From IMG/VR virus record IMGVR_UViG_3300001534_000001, positions 1 through 53,460 of that record: 53,460 bases of DNA, one strand, 5' to 3'. The translations under genes were made by a program, and so were the position numbers. Of the stretch, positions 47,818 to 53,460 are shown piece after piece (the first letter of the stretch is position 1; every line of letters starts with the position of its first letter). The notes under the pieces were generated by a model. The model saw nothing but the letters and a program-made list of their open reading frames with translations, was not told the DNA's origin and searched no databases. This DNA is from a virus. Its lineage: Duplodnaviria; Caudoviricetes.

Positions 47818-48114
47818 TTATTTATTCGGGTCAAGTCCAAGAGTTTTATTGGCGAACGTGGCATCTCTTAACCATTCACAAAGAGCCGCTTCAATTTCTG
47901 TTAGATAAATTATATCTTTTAAATACACTGGATTATAAACATCCAGTAACACCGCGCTATGATATGATACTGAACCAATATCATCCGGGGTAACATCTTC
48001 TTCTGTTAATAAATCTTCAACATCATCTTGTATGAAGTCTATTAATATTTGCGCTGGTTTAACTTCCATCAAACGGTCACAGATGTCTTTTACTTTTTGT
48101 TTCGATGCTATCAT
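47818..48114 (-). CDS. Acidic hypothetical protein
   Basis: 98 aa; abuts the upstream stop. Confidence 0.55.
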   Translation of the reverse strand: MIASKQKVKDICDRLMEVKPAQILIDFIQDDVEDLLTEEDVTPDDIGSVSYHSAVLLDVYNPVYLKDIIYLTEIEAALCEWLRDATFANKTLGLDPNK

Positions 48115-48285
48115 TTATTTAATTTTTAGATAAAAAGTTACTTCTTTTCCACGGATATTTTTCGGTATTGTACGGGAGTTATCCAGTTTGTACCGCCTGA
48201 AGGCCTCCGCCAAATATGGGTAAAGGTCGCTATCTTCGGTCACTTTTAAAACATCTGCGTCAGGTAATTTTGTTGGTGTTTCCAT
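48115..48285 (-). CDS. Hypothetical protein (56 aa, METPTKLPD...)
   Basis: ATG 48285 follows the upstream stop; shorter than the 87-aa track ORF. Confidence 0.5.
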   Translation of the reverse strand: METPTKLPDADVLKVTEDSDLYPYLAEAFRRYKLDNSRTIPKNIRGKEVTFYLKIK

Positions 48286-48287
48286 TA

Positions 48288-48677
48288 TTAAAATAAAAAA
48301 GGTGAATATCTGAACCCTTGAAACCCTTTCATGGGAATATCGTATGGTGCGGTAATAGTGGGCCCCTGCAGCACACATAGATTGCGATTCTCAAAAGAAC
48401 GGGTCACGCCACCATCGGCAAACTCGCCGGTGCACCCTTTTATAAACTCTCGTATATCGCACCGGTATTGCACTTTACCGCCCCAAATAACATAACAATA
48501 TTGTACTTTAATGGTCGGTATACCCGATCCGCAGAATTGCATCCATTGAAACTGATCGCCGTTATTCATGCGCTCAAGGTAATGGCGGACACGTTTTTCG
48601 CCGCCAGGGTATACTTTGTGTAAAAAATTCTGACCCAATGTAAGGCAAATAGCGTCAATTTTTTCGTTTGGTATCAT
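48288..48677 (-). CDS. Hypothetical protein, possibly ASCH/PUA-like
   Basis: C-terminal IPMKGFQGFRY resembles the P.KG.QG ending of ASCH-like domains. Confidence 0.5.
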   Translation of the reverse strand: MIPNEKIDAICLTLGQNFLHKVYPGGEKRVRHYLERMNNGDQFQWMQFCGSGIPTIKVQYCYVIWGGKVQYRCDIREFIKGCTGEFADGGVTRSFENRNLCVLQGPTITAPYDIPMKGFQGFRYSPFLF

Positions 48678-48687
48678 TGTTTTAGAT

Positions 48688-49128
48688 TTAATATTCTATT
48701 TCAGATTGCTCCCCTGGTGAAGGAATTACAATATTTAGGAAGGTTAATGCCCACCGCTGTATCTCGTCAATGTAATCCATCATGTCGGTAGTTGATAAAT
48801 CGGTTGTTGACTTGGTAAGCGTAATAAACTCTCCGCTATCAACCGCAACATCTTCATGGAGAAACTTATTTTTAAGCAGGTCGTGAACATTTTCATTGGT
48901 AAGTAAACGTTTCTCAAATCCCATACCGACTAACCCATCCATCACGTAAGGAATCACACAACCCCAATAGTAAGCGTTTTGATTATTGCTACGGGACTTA
49001 CGGTACTTCTTGCAGGTGAATATATATCTGCCCGCCGGAGCGCTGTCCATATCGCAGCGCATGGATTTCAAACCCTTCCAGGTCCCATCCTCCCGCTTCT
49101 CTCCGACATATCGCAACTCGCCAGCCAT
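48688..49128 (-). CDS. NinB/YbcN-like recombination protein
   Basis: RSNNQNAYYWG...VHDLLK...STTDLSTTDMMDYIDEIQRWA...IPSP. Confidence 0.75.
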   Translation of the reverse strand: MAGELRYVGEKREDGTWKGLKSMRCDMDSAPAGRYIFTCKKYRKSRSNNQNAYYWGCVIPYVMDGLVGMGFEKRLLTNENVHDLLKNKFLHEDVAVDSGEFITLTKSTTDLSTTDMMDYIDEIQRWALTFLNIVIPSPGEQSEIEY

Positions 49129-49131
49129 AAA

Positions 49132-49257
49132 TTATTTTTTTATAATTAAATAGTACCCACAAAACTCGCACGAAAGAATACTACCAGGTATAAAAAAACC
49201 ATTCTTCCTGCACTTTGGACATTCAACACCCGTGTATAAAAAAAGACAATCAGTCAT
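49132..49257 (-). CDS. Small Zn-ribbon protein (41 aa)
   Basis: Manual translation MTDCLFLYTGVECPKCRKNGFFIPGSILSCEFCGYYLIIKK with two CxxC pairs. Confidence 0.6.
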   Translation of the reverse strand: MTDCLFLYTGVECPKCRKNGFFIPGSILSCEFCGYYLIIKK

Positions 49258-49269
49258 TTAATTTACTAT

Positions 49270-49503
49270 TTACGCTTCCTCAATCTGCTCGTAATCGTCG
49301 TTGATCGGTACGATTACCCGCAACTGTATCTTATGCTCCGGGTGCCGGGCCTTCGCCAGCGGGACGAACTTATGGTAAGCATCCGCTTCATCACTTCCCT
49401 GGGCTATCCCCACCTCGTTCTGTATCGAGATATTCGGCTGGCCATTCTCATGCAGTACCGGCATTACCCGGATCAGCACTACTGAAATTATGTATTTATT
49501 CAT
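49270..49503 (-). CDS. Hypothetical protein
   Basis: 77 aa; ATGA overlap with the upstream gene. Confidence 0.55.
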   Translation of the reverse strand: MNKYIISVVLIRVMPVLHENGQPNISIQNEVGIAQGSDEADAYHKFVPLAKARHPEHKIQLRVIVPINDDYEQIEEA

Positions 49504-49742
49504 ACCATTTTGATGTTTTTAAGTAATCTGAAACAAGTAACCATCGTATCAAACGCCTCTGCTTGTACGTTAATATAATGCCCACCTTCATAAACATTCT
49601 CATAAGCCGCCTTTGCAAGCTCTCCATGTTCCTCGCTGATGATAGCCAGCCCATGAAGTATATCATCAGGCCATACCGGATGTTTTGCCTCCGCTTCTTT
49701 CACGCCACGCAAAAGGATTTCAATAATTTGTTGCTCTTTCAT
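49500..49742 (-). CDS. MazG-like NTP pyrophosphohydrolase fold protein
   Basis: IISEEHGELAKA...AEAFDT acidic motif; likely start MKEQQ at 49742. Confidence 0.65.
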   Translation of the reverse strand: MKEQQIIEILLRGVKEAEAKHPVWPDDILHGLAIISEEHGELAKAAYENVYEGGHYINVQAEAFDTMVTCFRLLKNIKMV

Positions 49743-49750
49743 ATTTAATT

Positions 49751-49966
49751 TTAAATTATATCGTAACCAAATAACCGAAGGCATACCGAGTAGCCAAACA
49801 CCCGTTTGCCCATGTGCCCCTGACGGCGGCTGTATAAACAATCACCAATAGGCTTAATTGATAGCCAAAACTTGATCGGCTTAATTGTAAGTTGCGTCTG
49901 ACCATTTGATTTTTTAACCTTTGTAACCTTTAAATGGGCATTGTTAAACATATCGCCTTTTTTCAT
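49751..49966 (-). CDS. Hypothetical protein
   Basis: 71-aa ORF in a tightly packed run. Confidence 0.45.
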   Translation of the reverse strand: MKKGDMFNNAHLKVTKVKKSNGQTQLTIKPIKFWLSIKPIGDCLYSRRQGHMGKRVFGYSVCLRLFGYDII

Positions 49967-49973
49967 TTGAATA

Positions 49974-50174
49974 CTATTTTACAACTTTTTGATCAACCCC
50001 TGAATTTTCAATTGATATATATCCGTCAATCCTAATACAAAAACCATTCTCAAACTCAATTAATAAATTATTACCCCTATGGGTAGAATTCTTTACCTGT
50101 ACATCTCTAATGTTTTTAACCTGGCTATCCCCAATAGTCGCAAGAAGCTTGGTTATAAAGTTTTCTATAATCAT
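49974..50174 (-). CDS. Hypothetical protein
   Basis: 66-aa ORF in a tightly packed run. Confidence 0.45.
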   Translation of the reverse strand: MIIENFITKLLATIGDSQVKNIRDVQVKNSTHRGNNLLIEFENGFCIRIDGYISIENSGVDQKVVK

Positions 50175-50233
50175 TTTACTTTTACATTATCAGGAAACGC
50201 CTTGATCCGCGAACCGTTGAATAGGAAATACGC

Positions 50234-50743
50234 TCATTTTTTTGTCTCCACGCTAATTTTTGTCTCAACACCAGCCTTAAACTCCATCATATACTTAATC
50301 GACTTAACACGCTCATCATCCCCGGCTTTGAAATATAGATCAGGATTAACCAGGTACATGCCGCGCGCCACGCTCACTAAAAAACCATCGTCTGCCAAAT
50401 TCTGGAATGCCTTTTTAACGGCATGATCGCTATAAACTTTATTCTTTGGCTTTTTCCACTTCGCATAAAATGTAATAAATGCCTTCCTGGTAATTTCATT
50501 ATTATGAACATATCCTCCATCGGTCATATTATTCGTTAGATAGTCCAGCAGGTGGTGATCACATCCTGTAACACCCATCAAAAGGCATATCGCATTATTG
50601 AAACGCTTTACATGGGAGGTACTGGCAAGTACATAATCATATTGATATTCAGAATACTTTTTACCATCTATCACACCCTTGTGCATAATACCCTTCCTAT
50701 ATCGAACCTTTATTATCTTTTCCTCTTTCATATAATACATCAA
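50234..50743 (-). CDS. RepL-like winged-helix protein
   Basis: AVKKAFQNLADDGFLVSVARGMYLVNPDLYFK; true start probably slightly downstream, since the TACCTTTG box overlaps 50741-50748. Confidence 0.65.
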   Translation of the reverse strand: MMYYMKEEKIIKVRYRKGIMHKGVIDGKKYSEYQYDYVLASTSHVKRFNNAICLLMGVTGCDHHLLDYLTNNMTDGGYVHNNEITRKAFITFYAKWKKPKNKVYSDHAVKKAFQNLADDGFLVSVARGMYLVNPDLYFKAGDDERVKSIKYMMEFKAGVETKISVETKK

Positions 50744-51305
50744 AGGTATTTTTAATTATATTAACTTCCAAATTAAAAGTAAAATATTTTATACCGGTGA
50801 TAGAAGGACGTTATACCTCAAATAGAAGGTCTTTACATTAACTTTTGCCATATATGCCCTTTTTAACCCCTACAAGACACTTTTTGATATGAAAGTTACT
50901 ATAATAGACTTGTGGGTATATTTATGCATATACTTTTGCTATATAGTCAGCTATATCAAACGACCTATCCCCCCAAAAGGCACCCGGTTGATTTCCATTT
51001 TTAAAACGCGATTTGGCGGACCGGGTGGCCAGGCAATTCTTTTGGTGTTTGGGCGCGTGATCGTTCGCGTGTAGGCATCCAAAAGCTTGTGTTTGATAAT
51101 CTGATCTTATAATTATATCATAAACCTATAATTGATTATCAAGTGGACCATAATCGCAGGTCATAACGCATTATCCTTGCGTTGTAGCAAAGCAATACCT
51201 ACATTTGTCCATACAACGCAGCCATTAAAGCGTTACAACACGCCAAAAGCTACAAAACATCATTAAACGTAAATGCATTTTAAAGCCCTCTAATCAATTC
51301 ACACC

Positions 51306-51698
51306 TTGCAGACAACAACTAATCCATTAAACACTACGAACGTGTCACAGAGCGCAAACAGGCAGGCAGGAGAAACGGATTATCCATCAAATAAAGTAAT
51401 TAGTCTTTTGGCTCTTGAAACAATTGTAAAAAAATTGAATAAATTCAAGATGCACACCTACTCATTAGAGATCTTGATAAAGATATCAAGGCGATGGGTT
51501 TATGAAAATAAACCAAGTACAATTTATTATATAAGCGATGGTGATAATAACAGGATGGCGGCAAATTACGAGAAGGTAAGCCTATTGATAAAAAAGGGGT
51601 TGATAGAAGTTGTTGCTGTTGGTCGGTACAATTCTAAGTCATACGCGCCGACACCGGCAGGATTGGATGCACTGAAGCCGTTGTGTTCAGTCGCATAG
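51306..51698 (+). CDS. Winged-helix DNA-binding protein (start uncertain)
   Basis: YEKVSLLIKKGLIEVV...KSYAPTPAGLDAL wing pattern; TACATTTG box at 51200-51207. Confidence 0.55.
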   Translation: MQTTTNPLNTTNVSQSANRQAGETDYPSNKVISLLALETIVKKLNKFKMHTYSLEILIKISRRWVYENKPSTIYYISDGDNNRMAANYEKVSLLIKKGLIEVVAVGRYNSKSYAPTPAGLDALKPLCSVA

Positions 51699-51732
51699 AA
51701 AGACGTTCAACAAATCCGCTTCGCTCCTTTGA

Positions 51733-51758
51733 GGCCTTCGGCAGATAGGCCTTTTTTT
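51733..51758 (+). terminator. Intrinsic terminator
   Basis: AGGCCT...AGGCCT hairpin followed by a T-tract. Confidence 0.6.
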
Positions 51759-52045
51759 GTTTTATGCTTCGCATCCTTGATTATTGGTAAATCCAGGCAA
51801 ATTGGCCATTTGGCAATAGAGGGCATTTTCAGGCGATTTGCGGGACTTTGGTGTTTGGACATAAAGTAACACGGCGGAAAAGAGATGATTTGGGGTTGAT
51901 TGGCTGGGGGCTGGTGGTTGAGTTAATAAGCGGTGGCGTGAATAATTATAGCCAGTTCAGGTAATAATTGTGTGCGATGAAAATAAATGTTGCGAAACAC
52001 TTGCGTAAGTAGGAAATAAGTTGCAGGTTTGTATTCGAATTAACA

Positions 52046-52276
52046 ATGCAGTTAATTCTTAAGCTTGACGGCACCGTGACAACTACTCCAATTACCTCTT
52101 TAGGGGATTTCAAAGAAAAATCATTTTACACAATTACCGGACATTGCAAACATGCAAGGTTTGAGGGAACAGAAGTGTTTACTTATGTATTCCGCAAACA
52201 AGATGGAAGCCTTGAATTGATCGTTTGTGATAAATTAAGCAAACTTATTTCAGACGGTAACGTAATAGCGCATTAG
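52046..52276 (+). CDS. Hypothetical early protein
   Basis: 76 aa after a promoter-like sequence. Confidence 0.55.
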   Translation: MQLILKLDGTVTTTPITSLGDFKEKSFYTITGHCKHARFEGTEVFTYVFRKQDGSLELIVCDKLSKLISDGNVIAH

Positions 52277-52420
52277 CCCGATAAGATGCCCGTCAAGCTA
52301 CGGGTTTAATCTGCCAGCCCTGCCTAACACGCGGGGTTTCGGCAGTAGAAGCGCATCCCAACATCAAATCAGGTTATGCGGTTCGGTAAATAAATACAGG
52401 ACAATTAAACATCAAAAATC

Positions 52421-52621
52421 ATGAATGAGATTACCACAAGACCAAAAACAAGGTCAATCACCACAACAGTTAAGAAATTCGTAACATTGTCAGCTATTGC
52501 CGTAGTGTTGTTCGCCAGCACAGCCAGCGCACAGCGTCACAGGAAGGCCACAGGAGGGCCGAAAGCGCCGCGGGAACACAAAGCAAGTGCGCATAAGAAT
52601 CAGGGCGGACACTACGAATAA
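52421..52621 (+). CDS. Small secreted basic peptide precursor
   Basis: KKFVTLSAIAVVLFASTASA-Q signal peptide; 29-aa H/K/R/G-rich mature part. Confidence 0.6.
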   Translation: MNEITTRPKTRSITTTVKKFVTLSAIAVVLFASTASAQRHRKATGGPKAPREHKASAHKNQGGHYE

Positions 52622-52914
52622 CAGCCATTCACCAAAGCCAGGCAGCGCGACATCTAACAAGGTTCGCGCATTTGGCAATACAAAATAGTAGCATTATGAC
52701 AACTAAGGAAATTTTAAAACTAAAAAAAGGTGATATAATTAGGCACAGGCTTAAATGTTCATGCCGTTCGTAAAAAGATCATGGAGAGGCCGGGATGCTT
52801 GTATTGTAGTTCTTTGAATGTTAAAAACGCCAGAAAGAAGTTTTTAAAGATGTATAAAATTTTAGTTCAGGCTGGCATTATAATACAGCCAAAAAAATAA
52901 AAATTAGTAAGTAC

Positions 52915-52945
52915 TTTGTAATTAGAAATAAGTTACTTACATTTG
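52915..52945 (+). promoter_or_regulatory. Consensus Bacteroidota sigma-70 promoter
   Basis: TTTG (52915-52918), 19-nt spacer, TACATTTG (52938-52945). Confidence 0.75.
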
Positions 52946-52983
52946 ACTTACGAAAATACAGGATAACATCAAAACATCAAATC

Positions 52984-53214
52984 ATGGACTTATACAACTT
53001 CTTAGGCGCTTGTTTGCGGCCATTGGGCAGTCAACAGCGTTTATTTAAACTCAAAGATCATTGGGCAGCCATGCTTGTTGATCGGGCCGGTGAAATGTGC
53101 GATGCTTGCATCGAAGCCCAGGACATGACAAAGGCGCTAAAATACAGCGCTATTTCCATCCGGCTGATAAAGTACCGTCAAAACTTAATAGAACGCTACC
53201 CTTTAGGTTATTAA
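52984..53214 (+). CDS. Hypothetical early protein
   Basis: 76 aa after the consensus promoter and an AACATCAA leader. Confidence 0.6.
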   Translation: MDLYNFLGACLRPLGSQQRLFKLKDHWAAMLVDRAGEMCDACIEAQDMTKALKYSAISIRLIKYRQNLIERYPLGY

Positions 53215-53216
53215 TC

Positions 53217-53426
53217 ATGGAAATCACACCAAGCAAATCAGTTATAGAGGGCCGTAACGGTACTGTTTCCGGGCTTAAGGCTTTGGCTGCCTCATTGGAG
53301 CGCACTCAACAGATAGAGCTTTATTCGCAGTATGGGCACCACGTATTTGAATCAATGGAAGACTTTGTTGATCGTATGCGCGAAAACCACGGTTCCGATT
53401 GGATTGATAAATTTATCAGGAAATAA
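53217..53426 (+). CDS. Hypothetical early protein (69 aa, MEITPSKSV...)
   Basis: ATG 53217 follows the upstream stop; another ORF begins at 53428 and runs off the window. Confidence 0.55.
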   Translation: MEITPSKSVIEGRNGTVSGLKALAASLERTQQIELYSQYGHHVFESMEDFVDRMRENHGSDWIDKFIRK

Positions 53427-53460
53427 CATGGAAGAACTAACAGTAGATAATCTGAAAGCT

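Noticed and set aside
50889-51074. 61-aa plus-strand ORF
   Set aside because: No motif or clear initiation context; lies in the presumed non-coding divergence region.
52696-52900. Intact early gene
   Set aside because: Only short fragments in different frames (MTTKEILKLKKGDII..., MERPGCLYCSSLNVKNARKKF...); possibly decayed, not supportable as one CDS.
1-53460. CRISPR array, integrase/att site, reverse transcriptase or alternative genetic code
   Set aside because: No repeat-spacer array or such genes were seen; long ORFs are intact under the standard code, and TAG ends real genes such as the capsid gene.

Overview
The whole window is part of a tailed phage or prophage of a Bacteroidota host. 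The host assignment rests on many TAnnTTTG -7 promoter boxes, a Bacteroidota-type DnaB and a signal peptide ending in Ala-Gln. The minus strand reads from right to left: small middle genes, a DUF4373-like initiator with internal iterons, DnaB, a Dam-like methylase and a GroES-like protein. A crAss-like podovirus morphogenesis block follows (terminase, portal, scaffold, major capsid, decoration, ring and muzzle-like proteins, ejection proteins). It ends in a 4448-aa cargo protein with a DarB-like N6-adenine methylase plus SNF2 helicase, where crAss-like phages usually have a virion RNA polymerase. That giant gene is unusually layered. It is probably entered by a -1 frameshift at A-AAA-AAG. Its helicase DExH motif holds an intein whose endonuclease (Zn-finger plus DUF559/Vsr-like) lies in a different reading frame. 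Two or three further small genes are overprinted in the +1 frame of its disordered linkers. Other notable elements: a plus-strand deoxyhypusine-synthase island, a catalytically intact solo TnpB inside an operon, a tRNA-fMet 5' fragment leading an HNH gene, a hidden two-TM membrane gene, and a candidate small RNA antisense to early-gene leaders. All calls come from motif recognition by eye; no searches were run.
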